Positions 19,051 through 28,593 of a stretch of DNA of 64,000 bases are shown here, one piece after another. Each line of letters starts with the position of its first letter. Position 1 is the stretch's first letter. The DNA comes from Candidatus Bathyarchaeia archaeon (lineage in GTDB: Archaea; Thermoproteota; Bathyarchaeia; Bathyarchaeales; Bathycorpusculaceae). The notes beneath the pieces were generated by a model. The model saw nothing but the letters and a program-made list of their open reading frames with translations, had not been told where the DNA came from and searched no databases. A program made the translations under genes and the position numbers. The stretch lies in NCBI GenBank assembly GCA_050010755.1, contig JBEKKK010000001.1:1088001-1152000 (forward strand), read 5' to 3'.

Positions 19051-19226
19051 ACAATGTAGCTTGTTGCTTTGTAGTGGCTTTGGTTCTTCTCGTCGTTTTC
19101 TTTTATTTCTTTCAGGACCTGCGTCAGGTCGAGCCAAGTTTCTACTTTAAGTTGTCTCTGAACCCTTTCTTTGTCGATAAGCAAGGGAACGCTGTCAACG
19201 AACAGCCAACAGCACGTTTCGGACAC
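19047..19226 (-). CDS. 59-aa small protein missed by the ORF track
   Basis: GTG start after GGGAG, TTATAA upstream; MSETCCWLFVDSVPLLIDKERVQRQLKVETWLDLTQVLKEIKENDEKNQSHYKATSYIV; stop overlaps the kinase stop. Confidence 0.6.
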   Translation of the reverse strand: MSETCCWLFVDSVPLLIDKERVQRQLKVETWLDLTQVLKEIKENDEKNQSHYKATSYIV

Positions 19227-19445
19227 GATTCTCCCGTCTCCACCCCGAAAAAACCGTTGCTTTTCTTATAACTGTACATGTAAAAACAAAATAGAAAAGA
19301 AATCTAGAAGATTCTTTCATCTCATAGGCGCTTAGGGCATCGAAGCCTGATTTTTGAGGTGAATGGTTGGTTCATCGACATTTCAGCGGTTAGGGGTGGA
19401 AAGGTTTAAAAAAAGTCTCGTAGCCTACTTGGTTTATTCTAGTGG

Positions 19446-20888
19446 GTGATGTTTGTGACCATTGAAAGAGAGGAAATGCAGGAAATTGTTAAGAGTTATA
19501 AGGAACCGATCGGCCTGAACTTGGGTTCTCATTCTGCCCTTGACGCTTGGCAGGGACAGCGCAACTATGGTTTGAGGAGCATTATTTACACGACGCCGAG
19601 CAGGGCGAGAATTTACCTTCAAAACCCGATGGTGGGCAAGCCTGAAGAGGTTGTGGAGGATTTGCCGGGGCTGGTGAAGCGTGATCTGCGCGTTGTCAAT
19701 GATGTGAAGGATATTAAGAAGAATGGCGATTGGAGAACGGCTATTCTGATTGTTGACAAGTATTCTGACATTGTCAAGTACGTTGATGAGCTTGTCGACC
19801 TGGAGTGTATGCAGATTACGAACAGGGCTTTCGCGGTTTATGTTGGCGGAGACGAGCATTGCAGCGTGATAGAGAACGAGTATGCAGTTCCGATTCTGGG
19901 TTCGCGGAATCTCTTGAAGATTGAGAACAGGGGTGAGGTTGAGAGGGATTATTACTGGTTTGCGGAGAAGGCCAGCATTCCTTCGCCGAGGTCTTACGAG
20001 TACAGGGTGACGAAGAGGGGGATAAAGTTCAAGAGAGCGGTGAACGAGCCGATGATTCTGAAGGCCGAGCACGCTCACAGGGCTTTTGAGCGAGAGTTCA
20101 TATTTGCCGCGGATTCTGTGGACTTGGAGGGAAAGGTTGAGAGAGAGGTCAGGGCTGGAAACCTGAGTAAGGAGGCTCTTGAGAACGGCCGGGTTGAACA
20201 GATAGTCCTTGGGCCTCATGCGAACTTTAACTTCTTCTTCTCGCCGCTGGACGCGAAGAGCGAGTGGGGAGACGCTGACAACTGGTTCTCAAAGCTGTAC
20301 AACGTTAACATGGAAGAGGCAAGGATCTGCCTGGCCAATCAGTTCCTGTCGATCGATGAAAGAAGAGAGACGATTCTGGACGGAATAAAGAGGCTTCCAA
20401 TAGACGTTCAACGAAAGATAAAGAAGGTTCCATCGTTCGAGGTCACGGCGCACGCGATACTGAGCCTGAGAGAATCGCTCTTGAAAGATGTTCACCGGTA
20501 CGCCGACCGCTTCATGCTCGCCTGCCGAGAGTACTCGCCCCCGGGAATAATCGGTGCGTGGTGTCTGCAAACGCTCATCACTTGGGATCGCGTTTCCAAG
20601 TACGAACTGAAACCAGCGGTCAAACTTGACTACACAGGCGGCACCGAGGCGAAGTCTGCAGTGGACTACGGACTGTACGACGTGCCGGATACGCGAGATC
20701 CCTTCATGCATATCCCGGTGACGCAGGACGTTGCGCTGAGGCACGGAGGAGGCACGAACGTTCACATGGGCCTGGGCTCACAGTATGCAAACGCAAAATA
20801 CAAGAAACGGCTGAGCACGGGTGATCGAATAGCCCTGGAAATGAAAAGAGCATTAGAGGCAGATCAACTGCACGAACTCGTAACGTAG
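19446..20888 (+). CDS. purP: PurP-family ATP-grasp ligase (FAICAR synthetase-like)
   Basis: GSHSAL, NRAF.VYVG, LRESLL, PPGIIGAWCLQ, R.GGGTN, TG.RIALE; near purC/purE. Confidence 0.82.
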   Translation: MMFVTIEREEMQEIVKSYKEPIGLNLGSHSALDAWQGQRNYGLRSIIYTTPSRARIYLQNPMVGKPEEVVEDLPGLVKRDLRVVNDVKDIKKNGDWRTAILIVDKYSDIVKYVDELVDLECMQITNRAFAVYVGGDEHCSVIENEYAVPILGSRNLLKIENRGEVERDYYWFAEKASIPSPRSYEYRVTKRGIKFKRAVNEPMILKAEHAHRAFEREFIFAADSVDLEGKVEREVRAGNLSKEALENGRVEQIVLGPHANFNFFFSPLDAKSEWGDADNWFSKLYNVNMEEARICLANQFLSIDERRETILDGIKRLPIDVQRKIKKVPSFEVTAHAILSLRESLLKDVHRYADRFMLACREYSPPGIIGAWCLQTLITWDRVSKYELKPAVKLDYTGGTEAKSAVDYGLYDVPDTRDPFMHIPVTQDVALRHGGGTNVHMGLGSQYANAKYKKRLSTGDRIALEMKRALEADQLHELVT

Positions 20889-20921
20889 GCACTTGAAAGC
20901 GATCATTTCTGACGCTGCCAG

Positions 20922-21134
20922 CTAAGGGCAGCTTGCGGCCTCTGCCTGGGTAATCGTCAGCTTCGCCGTTTGATCCTCTTCTCCCGCGTCCAGTCGAACT
21001 TGCAAGAGAAGCCATTCAGTGAGTTTTTCGCAAGTGCTGGGGTCACAGTGCAGATGGCTCTCCATTACAGGATCTGTAAACAGACACTTGAAACAGGGGA
21101 TCTCGATAAGAATGTCTATGGCTTTCATGGTCAT
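20922..21134 (-). CDS. Small Cys4 metal-binding protein
   Basis: PCFKC-x12-CDPSTCEKLTEWL. Confidence 0.6.
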   Translation of the reverse strand: MTMKAIDILIEIPCFKCLFTDPVMESHLHCDPSTCEKLTEWLLLQVRLDAGEEDQTAKLTITQAEAASCP

Positions 21135-21313
21135 CTTCGGATAGAGAAACTGCATGTTTAAGATATGATTTATGAATGCTGGGAATGGACCGGGTGTAAT
21201 GATTGTTATTTCTGATTCAGAATATCAGATTGACGGCGTTTTTCTGGGACTCTGGTCCTCGGGTTGTTCCGTATGTGAAGTTGAGGAGAGTTTAAGGAGC
21301 TGTTGGGATGGTT

Positions 21314-22360
21314 CTAGTTCCTGTATTGTTTGACTATTTCGGCGAGGGTTGGAGCTTCGAATATTTTTGTTTCGGTCAGTTCGTTTGCGACGGCCATGTA
21401 CATGTCGCTGATTGTCCGTTTCAGTGTTGGGTCAAGTTTGGGTGGTTGGGATTTGCAGAGTTTCTTCCAGTCTTTGACTCCTTCTGTTTCTGCCCTTTTC
21501 TTTGCGTCTTCAACGTCGTTGTACCAGTCCGTTTTGCGGTAGAATTGTCTGGCGATTTCTTTGCTGACTTGTAGTCCTTCGTATGTGAATCTGGACTCGT
21601 CGAGTGTTCCTACGACGTCAACGACCATGAGTCTTCTCTGTGGGTCAAAGGCTAGCTCTATTTTTCCGTCCTCGTTTTCCAGGTCGGCTTTCAGCGCCAT
21701 CTGCGTTATTGCCTTGTTGACCTTGAAGAGCAGGGCCTCGATGTCTTCAACCTCTTCGTCCGTCAAGCCTGCGAGTTCTCTCGCCTCGTCCCAGGTCAGG
21801 TACCTGTCCGATTCTTCCAGCTTCGTGCTCACGTCGAAGATAGGCTTGGCGAGTCTCTCCCCCGGTCTGGGATAATGATCTAGACCCAGCGTTTCAATCG
21901 TGATCACGCCCTCTTCCAGCCGTTTGAAGACGGAGCTGCCTTCCGGCAGACCGTTTCTGTAAATAATTTCGAGCGGTATCAGGAAGTTCGTCAGGTTGGG
22001 CGTGTACATGCGATAGTCGTACTGGAGTTTTCCGTCCTTCATAACGGTGGGAGGTCTGAAAACGTTGACCAGGTCAATTTCCATAACCCGCGTCGGCTGC
22101 GTCGCTTCTTCAACTTTGACGGTTTTGCCGTTCTTGTCGATCAGGCCCCTGTAATGAGTTTTTATGCCTCTCTCCTGAAGCTTCTCGAAGCAGTAGGCTC
22201 CCATCATGCACAGTGCGGTGCCCTTGTTTTCGATTTGATCTGGCATTTCTCCCCAGTCAAAGACTGAGTATCTGTCTGAAAAGTGGAATCTGCCGACGCC
22301 CATGGCGTTTTTCGTCGGCTTCTTGACTACCTCGAGGTCTTTCACGCTGCCCATGATCAA
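21314..22360 (-). CDS. purC: SAICAR synthetase
   Basis: GSVKD, FSDRYSVFDWG, STKLE, DGKIE, DVVGTLDESRF. Confidence 0.95.
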   Translation of the reverse strand: MIMGSVKDLEVVKKPTKNAMGVGRFHFSDRYSVFDWGEMPDQIENKGTALCMMGAYCFEKLQERGIKTHYRGLIDKNGKTVKVEEATQPTRVMEIDLVNVFRPPTVMKDGKLQYDYRMYTPNLTNFLIPLEIIYRNGLPEGSSVFKRLEEGVITIETLGLDHYPRPGERLAKPIFDVSTKLEESDRYLTWDEARELAGLTDEEVEDIEALLFKVNKAITQMALKADLENEDGKIELAFDPQRRLMVVDVVGTLDESRFTYEGLQVSKEIARQFYRKTDWYNDVEDAKKRAETEGVKDWKKLCKSQPPKLDPTLKRTISDMYMAVANELTETKIFEAPTLAEIVKQYRN

Positions 22361-22363
22361 GCA

Positions 22364-22843
22364 CTACTCCAACTTCTTGACAGATTCGTCGGCTTTCTCG
22401 ATCTCTCTCTTCTTCGCGTTCTGGTAAGCTCGGATCTTCTTTTCTAAAACGCGGTCTTCAATGGCGAGAATTTTGGCAGCGGCAACAGCAGCTCCTTCAG
22501 GCTCAATTGTCACGACCGAGCCGATCCCGCTGGGAACTCGAAGAGACGAGTAAATGTCCGTTCCACCGTACTTCTCAGAATAGGGCGGACACGCAATAAC
22601 CGGTTTTGAAGTGTTCGCATCGACAAAGGCGCTCAGAGCATTCGATCTGCCCGCGACAGTGATGAAAACAATTCTTTGCTGTTCAAACTCCTTGAGAATC
22701 TCCAAAACCTTCTCAGGGGTCTTGTGGGCAGAAGCGACTCTGAACTGGTATTCCAATCCCAGGGCTTTGAGATGCTTGGCTATTTCACGGCAAAACTCCA
22801 GATCCCGCTCTGATCCCATCAAAACCACAACTTTGCCAGCCAT
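22364..22843 (-). CDS. purE: AIR carboxylase/N5-CAIR mutase
   Basis: MGSERD, SAHKTP, AGRSNAL, PVIACPP. Confidence 0.95.
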   Translation of the reverse strand: MAGKVVVLMGSERDLEFCREIAKHLKALGLEYQFRVASAHKTPEKVLEILKEFEQQRIVFITVAGRSNALSAFVDANTSKPVIACPPYSEKYGGTDIYSSLRVPSGIGSVVTIEPEGAAVAAAKILAIEDRVLEKKIRAYQNAKKREIEKADESVKKLE

Positions 22844-23057
22844 GTCTCCTCCCAGCAATGGTTTTGCTAAAGGGTTTCACATCCTAATTAATCTTTAATC
22901 CTCTTTTTCCGCTGTCCCTTGCCAGTTTTTAACCCTGAAACCATTTTGAATTCACGTCTTTGAAAAACGATGACTCTTATATTGGGCAATCCAGAATATC
23001 TACGCTCAGGAAAAATTTAGAACATGTCACGCATTCCAAAAACTGTTGGAGGTCATA

Positions 23058-24899
23058 GTGCTGAAAGTAACTTGGTACTTTAAGCTGTTCAATAGCATAA
23101 AAGAAAAACATGAAATTTCATTCGCCCAGCTGGAATTGACGAGCCTGTTCGGGAATGTTGATCCAGTGAAGAATTTCTCAGACATTTTGGAAACTACGCC
23201 TTTCAGCCATTTTAGAAACGGAGACGTCAGAGTTCAAGATTTCTTTGCGCATGAGCTTCCCTACGGGGAATGTCATGGATTTCTTGCAAACACCGATGGA
23301 ATGCGCGACGTGTCGCATCTAGTTATGCGTTTGGCTTATACTCGGGAATTCTTTGCGGTCACAGAATCCAGTGATTCATCAGGTATTTTGGGGCAAGCAT
23401 TTTCTCAAGGAGTAGAAGGTAAGAACGTTGAACACTTTGCCAAAGATAATTATGTTTTGCTCAGGTTTATTACTAATCAGTACTTCCTTGAAAAATCTCA
23501 GTATATTTCTAAACTGAGCAGGAATGAGGAAGAGGCAAAAAACAATGCTGAATCTCTTCTTTCATTCCTAACAGGAAAACTCGACAGAATCCCTGCGACG
23601 GAGACTATGCAGATAGGAAAGAGGCTGGAGGATTACTTCTCAATCAGAGAGGAACCATCTTTGTACTTAACTCATTACATGCACCCGTATAAAGGCAAGT
23701 TTCATCCAAAGATGGTCAGAGCCTTTCTGAATTACGCCTTCCCCAAGTCCGTTGGGATGGTCATGGATAATTTTGCTGGTTGTGGAACTCTGTTAGTTGA
23801 AGCTACTTTGATGGGGCTTGACAGCACAGGAATTGACATCAATCCTCTCTCGGCGCTAATGTGCAATGTTAAGTGCGATTCGCTCTATATCCCTGTTGCC
23901 GAGTTGAGGAAGAACATGGACGGCTACCTACGTGACCTAAGCAGCAATCTTCTCAGCTATGAAAGTCAGTCTTCAGGTTCATCGTTACTTGTTCCTCCAA
24001 GTTATGAAAAAGAAACGGTCGAAAAAAGAAAGAACAGCCTTCCAGCCAAGCTCATTTCCGTCTTTAGCGAACCCAAGACTATAGATCACGTTATCGTCGC
24101 CCATGAACTAATAAAGAATGTGAAGAATGAAAAAATCCGCGACTTTCTTCTGCTAGCATTAAGTGGGGCAATCTCGGACCTTGCAAGAAGGCGTAAGGGG
24201 AAACTTCTTGATGTTTTACAAGACAGATTGAGAAATCTTTACCTGAGAATCTACATTTTCGACAAGCTGAACCAAGTAGTGAAAATAAAGTTGGGAAAAT
24301 CAAGAACGTATGCAGCTGATACGAGAGACATGACGATGGTGGAAAACGAAAGCATCGATGCCATAGTCAATTCTCCCCCGTATAGCACGGCATTGGATTA
24401 CATCAAAAATGATTATCCGCAGCTCATCTTGTTAGAATTGACAGACATTCCTCGACTGGAAACGAACATGATTGGCAACCCACGGTTCAAGATTTATTCG
24501 CAGTCTCTTCTTGACGAAATACGAACCAACAGTTCAGACTATGCACATCTGCCTGAAGCAGCAAAGGACATCGTATCCACCCTCATCAGGTATGGGAGGG
24601 CGAAGGAAGCCATGAGGACTTACAAATTCTTTAAAGACATGTATCTTGCCTTGAAGGAAATGCATCGGGTTCTCAAACGCGGTTCAAAGTGTGTGATTGT
24701 GATAGGTAACAACCACTACAAGCTTGATGGGAGCTATGCGGTTGTCAAAAATGATGATGTTCTGAAACAAATGGCTACGACGATTGGGTTTCAGGAAGAT
24801 AGGATCATCATTAGGGAGCTTGAAAAAAGTCAGGCTGGTATGATACGGTACGAATCAATTCTAATTCTGGAGAAACCACTTGTACCAGATGTGCCTTAG
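23058..24899 (+). CDS. Amino-DNA methyltransferase (probably m4C; motif I precedes motif IV) with N-terminal extension
   Basis: HPYKGKFHP, DNFAGCGT (motif I), NSPPY (motif IV); GGAGG before GTG 23058. Confidence 0.8.
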   Translation: MLKVTWYFKLFNSIKEKHEISFAQLELTSLFGNVDPVKNFSDILETTPFSHFRNGDVRVQDFFAHELPYGECHGFLANTDGMRDVSHLVMRLAYTREFFAVTESSDSSGILGQAFSQGVEGKNVEHFAKDNYVLLRFITNQYFLEKSQYISKLSRNEEEAKNNAESLLSFLTGKLDRIPATETMQIGKRLEDYFSIREEPSLYLTHYMHPYKGKFHPKMVRAFLNYAFPKSVGMVMDNFAGCGTLLVEATLMGLDSTGIDINPLSALMCNVKCDSLYIPVAELRKNMDGYLRDLSSNLLSYESQSSGSSLLVPPSYEKETVEKRKNSLPAKLISVFSEPKTIDHVIVAHELIKNVKNEKIRDFLLLALSGAISDLARRRKGKLLDVLQDRLRNLYLRIYIFDKLNQVVKIKLGKSRTYAADTRDMTMVENESIDAIVNSPPYSTALDYIKNDYPQLILLELTDIPRLETNMIGNPRFKIYSQSLLDEIRTNSSDYAHLPEAAKDIVSTLIRYGRAKEAMRTYKFFKDMYLALKEMHRVLKRGSKCVIVIGNNHYKLDGSYAVVKNDDVLKQMATTIGFQEDRIIIRELEKSQAGMIRYESILILEKPLVPDVP

Positions 24900-25026
24900 T
24901 CAAACTGATTATCGTTCCTCTTCTTAGATTTACAAAATTTACCCCGACCTATCTTTATGTATTGATTTGGGGAGGGCAATGTCCTTTGCTTGGAACTTCT
25001 TGTTGGAAAAAACCCCATGATTGATG

Positions 25027-25812
25027 TCACTTTTCTAAGTACGGCGATAGCCATTCCGTAAGCTGTTGCTGCGTTGGAGTACAGGTACCTCTGGATTTTG
25101 CGAATTGCTGCATTATGTTGTAAAGCAGTGAAAAATCTATCTTTTTCCTGTCATTGGCTTTATCCAAACAGTGGGCCACGAACAATGATGCCTGATACGG
25201 TACTCGTATACAAGTAAGCAAAGTGTTTATTCTGCCAACTTTCAAGTCATACTTCCCTGAAAACGTGGCTCTGTTTTCTTCTACGTGGTACTTCATGTCT
25301 TCATTCCAGCCCAAGATGTCTAAGAAATTCAAAAGGCCCATCAATCCGAGCGATGAGATGTTGCCTACTTGCTTGTCTATTCTTTCTATGCATTCTGTTA
25401 TATCTTCGATAGGTTCATACCTGATTTTTCCATTTTCTTTCTCGACGTGGTCGATGAAGTAAGCATTTCTGTAAATCAAGGTAAGAACAACCTTAAAAAT
25501 CTCAAAATCTACGACAGATATCTGGGACAGATAGCTCCACACATCATCAAATTTGAGTTTCAAATCAGGATTGCCGACAACCGGGAGCATGTCATAAAGA
25601 TTTGGCCTCTCTCTTCTAGCTTCCTTCCCAGGTTTTAGAAAAAACACTTCCAGACCGTTTGAAAGAACCGCGACTAGATACTTTTTCGGTTCTTCTTCAG
25701 TTCCACCTTTCCAGTTTAGTGCCTCTTGAATTCGCTTTATTCTCTTATCTTCCCATGATGCACGCGTCTTCGATCCTTGAAGTTTCGTCTTCAAAATGTT
25801 CTGATAAGTCAT
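25027..25812 (-). CDS. Putative cognate restriction endonuclease
   Basis: 261-aa AT-rich ORF convergent with the MTase; no recognisable family motif. Confidence 0.45.
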   Translation of the reverse strand: MTYQNILKTKLQGSKTRASWEDKRIKRIQEALNWKGGTEEEPKKYLVAVLSNGLEVFFLKPGKEARRERPNLYDMLPVVGNPDLKLKFDDVWSYLSQISVVDFEIFKVVLTLIYRNAYFIDHVEKENGKIRYEPIEDITECIERIDKQVGNISSLGLMGLLNFLDILGWNEDMKYHVEENRATFSGKYDLKVGRINTLLTCIRVPYQASLFVAHCLDKANDRKKIDFSLLYNIMQQFAKSRGTCTPTQQQLTEWLSPYLEK

Positions 25813-26147
25813 ACAGAAGAATTGCGCAGCCCCTGCTATTTTCTCTTTCCAAATTGATTAATAACACATTTCCGTTCAGGAGCATCTGGAATGGATGCGC
25901 TCGTCAAGTTTGGCTAAGATGAAGCGTGCTATTGATTCGGATTTGACCGCTTTTCCCTGTTCTTCCGAGGATTTTTCTGATACTTATTCATGGATTCCTT
26001 GATTGGTTTGGATTTTCCCGGCGCGTCATACTTATATTTTTGATGAACGGTCTCTACCCGTCTGAGAAATGGTGAGATTCAAACGCGCGCGCTTCGGCTG
26101 CAAAGAACTCGACGATATCAGCATCAGCATAAGAAAGGTCATGATTT

Positions 26148-26927
26148 TTGGTGATTGATCAAAGTACGGTCCTTTTGTTTATTACGGTAACGGTGGCGAG
26201 CGCGGTTGAAGCGGTTGAAGCCCTTACCATTATTCTGGCATCGGGTATTACTAGGGGCTGGCGTTCTACGTTCGAAGGGGCAGCTCTTGCGCTGGCTTGT
26301 TTGGCCGTGATTGTGGTTGTGGTTGGCGCTGCGCTGATCCAGTATGTTCCCCTGTATATTTTGCGAGTTGTCGTGGGGACGCTGCTGCTTGTTTTTGGGC
26401 TGCAGTGGCTCACGAAGGCCATACTTCGGGAGACGGGTTTTAAGGCCCTGCATGATGAATGCGACATTTACGAAAGAGAGGTAGCGCTTCTTTCTCATGA
26501 GAAGGGGATTCGTGGGAAACGAGATTCATTAGCTTTCGTCGTGAGCTTCAAGGGCGTGCTTCTGGAAGGTATGGAGGTCATCATGATTGTGATCAGCTTC
26601 GGTCTAGCCGGCGGAAGTCATAATCAATTGGAAACTGCTGCGCTCGGTGCCGTCGTCGCTGTGGGACTCATTTCAGCGATAGGCGCTGCGGTTGCGGAGC
26701 CTCTGGCTAGAGTGCCGGAGAATTATATGAAGCTGGGTGTGGGCAACCTGCTCACCGTTTTTGGGCTTTTCTGGATGGGTGAAGGCGTCGGTGTCCAGTG
26801 GCCTCTAGAGGACGTGTTCATATTGGTTCTCCTGGCGATAATTTTCTTGGCAACAGTGGGATTGGTAGCTCATTTCAAAAGAGTCCACAAGATGGAAATG
26901 GAGGTTCAAAATGTCGCCAAACAATAA
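26148..26927 (+). CDS. COG4280-like membrane protein (putative metal transporter)
   Basis: Two repeats with EAVEA and EGMEV motifs, multiple TMs, RVPENYMK. Confidence 0.75.
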   Translation: MVIDQSTVLLFITVTVASAVEAVEALTIILASGITRGWRSTFEGAALALACLAVIVVVVGAALIQYVPLYILRVVVGTLLLVFGLQWLTKAILRETGFKALHDECDIYEREVALLSHEKGIRGKRDSLAFVVSFKGVLLEGMEVIMIVISFGLAGGSHNQLETAALGAVVAVGLISAIGAAVAEPLARVPENYMKLGVGNLLTVFGLFWMGEGVGVQWPLEDVFILVLLAIIFLATVGLVAHFKRVHKMEMEVQNVAKQ

Positions 26928-27159
26928 AACGCCGAGTGTGCTCAGGAAAGGAATCAAAAGCTTCTTTTCATTCTGGAAAGATTTTCTTGTCGGCGATTCC
27001 CCAGTTTTGGCGTTAGGCGTGATAATCATCCTAGGCGTCGCTTATCTCTTACACAACTCTGCCGTCTTGGCCCCCGTATTTGCAATTATACTGGTACTGA
27101 GTCTGATGACATTTACAGTCTGGCAAAAAACGAGGACACGACGCCATTCCCAGCCCTAA
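26911..27159 (+). CDS. Small 2-TM membrane protein
   Basis: F..FW.DF.VGD motif; overlaps the COG4280-like gene. Confidence 0.65.
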   Translation: MSPNNKTPSVLRKGIKSFFSFWKDFLVGDSPVLALGVIIILGVAYLLHNSAVLAPVFAIILVLSLMTFTVWQKTRTRRHSQP

Positions 27160-27257
27160 CAGTGTGGAGATTCGTTTGGCTCCTCTATTACAACCGATAA
27201 ACCGTTGAAAACGCGCCTGTCTAAAGGACGAAATCGCCTAAGCTAGTCTCATAAGGG

Positions 27258-27677
27258 TCACTTTGGTTCTGAGAATCTTTGAACAAGCCTTGCCACCATT
27301 TCGATAAAATAGAATATGATTCCAACTATCAACAGCGCTAGTCCAAGGTTGAACAGATCAGACTCGCCATACGGGATCGCCCTGAAGCAGGCCATGGAGC
27401 CTAGAATTATCAGAAGCGCTGGGATCCCATAGGCAAAAACGGTGGAAATCGCTCTAAGCGGCGCAAACTGATCTTCGGTTTCACCCAAATCTCTTGCAAC
27501 CAATTCGATGAAGTAGAATATGATTCCGACTACTAACAGCGCTACTCCGAAATCATGAATTTCGAGGTTATTATAATTGAATGAGAGGGCGTAGGCAATG
27601 TAACCGAATATTATCAGTAAGGCTGGGAATCCATACGCAAAAATGACGGATACCGCATCGATAGAATCTTTACTCAT
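27258..27677 (-). CDS. 4-TM membrane protein with internal duplication
   Basis: Two 68-aa repeats FAYG.PALLII.G...G.ALL.VGIIFYFIE.VAR. Confidence 0.7.
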   Translation of the reverse strand: MSKDSIDAVSVIFAYGFPALLIIFGYIAYALSFNYNNLEIHDFGVALLVVGIIFYFIELVARDLGETEDQFAPLRAISTVFAYGIPALLIILGSMACFRAIPYGESDLFNLGLALLIVGIIFYFIEMVARLVQRFSEPK

Positions 27678-27862
27678 CCATTCCCCACTTCGATTTTTAA
27701 TGTAGTTCATTTTCATATAAGACTTTCGAAGGAATAATCGCATCAGAAATAGACAATTTCTCGAAAAGCTCTTAGCGCGCGCTACTAGATTTTAGATAAA
27801 TATTAATTAAAAAGAAAGGTTATTTACGTGGTTGTGTAGTGGTTTTTTGAGGGATAAGGACA

Positions 27863-28363
27863 TTGAAACGATTAGTTGTGTTACTCGCGGTGTTGGTCGG
27901 GGTTTTGTGTGTATCAGGAATAGCCTTTTTGGAGTTCTACGTGTTTGGCCCGCAGATGCCCACGCTCGTAGTGCAAGCTGAAAACGACGCTAAAATCACC
28001 ATCAAAGGCAATACCTTGTACCTTTTCTACGATCCTTTCCCCTTCAAGAACGTTTCAGGATCACTCAATGTTTCTTGGCCTGGTGGTATAGACCGCCAGT
28101 TAGACAGTGAAAGAAATAGCCTTGCTTCGTGTAATCAAAGCGGTCTAGTGGAAGCTTGGTTCCCTCCTAATTCAACTTTTGGACCGTATGGGTCTGAGGA
28201 TGGGGTAGGTGTACAAAACGGGACAGTTTCAGTATCCTTTGACGACGCCTTTTCTTACAGAATCGTTAACGCCAATTCATTCAACATCACCCTAGCGTTC
28301 AGCTCTCAGACTTTTACATTTAATTACGTTTTATATCAGCTGAAAACCGCTTTTTCACTTTAA
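27863..28363 (+). CDS. Hypothetical secreted/anchored protein
   Basis: N-terminal hydrophobic helix, sequons. Confidence 0.65.
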   Translation: MKRLVVLLAVLVGVLCVSGIAFLEFYVFGPQMPTLVVQAENDAKITIKGNTLYLFYDPFPFKNVSGSLNVSWPGGIDRQLDSERNSLASCNQSGLVEAWFPPNSTFGPYGSEDGVGVQNGTVSVSFDDAFSYRIVNANSFNITLAFSSQTFTFNYVLYQLKTAFSL

Positions 28364-28391
28364 CCTCAGAAAAAAGGGAGATGTTTTTGTC

Positions 28392-28589
28392 TTATTGTTC
28401 AATTTTTTCCCATAGTGCTATTCGGTATCGTTGTCTGTTGAGTTCGACGTTTCCCGCGTAGGGTGGTCTTTTGCTGTTTGGTTTTGGTGGTGGTTGTTTC
28501 CATATTGCGATTTTTCTGATTGGTTTGTACTGGCCTTTTTCTTGTATGGTTATTAGGCCGTAGAAGTCTGGTCGGTTGTGGTTGGTCAT
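28392..28589 (-). CDS. Small mobile-element protein
   Basis: ATG 4 nt after the integrase stop; same extreme A/C-rich codon usage. Confidence 0.6.
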   Translation of the reverse strand: MTNHNRPDFYGLITIQEKGQYKPIRKIAIWKQPPPKPNSKRPPYAGNVELNRQRYRIALWEKIEQ

Positions 28590-28593
28590 GCTT

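Noticed and set aside
19434-20219. Long antisense ORFs over purP, nnr, alaS, leuS and EF-2
   Set aside because: Shadow frames produced by the codon bias of clearly identified genes.
22860-28390. Second att copy of tRNA-Pro delimiting an integrated element
   Set aside because: I found no copy of GGGGTCGTAGTCTAGC or of the 3' half by eye, so element borders cannot be defined.
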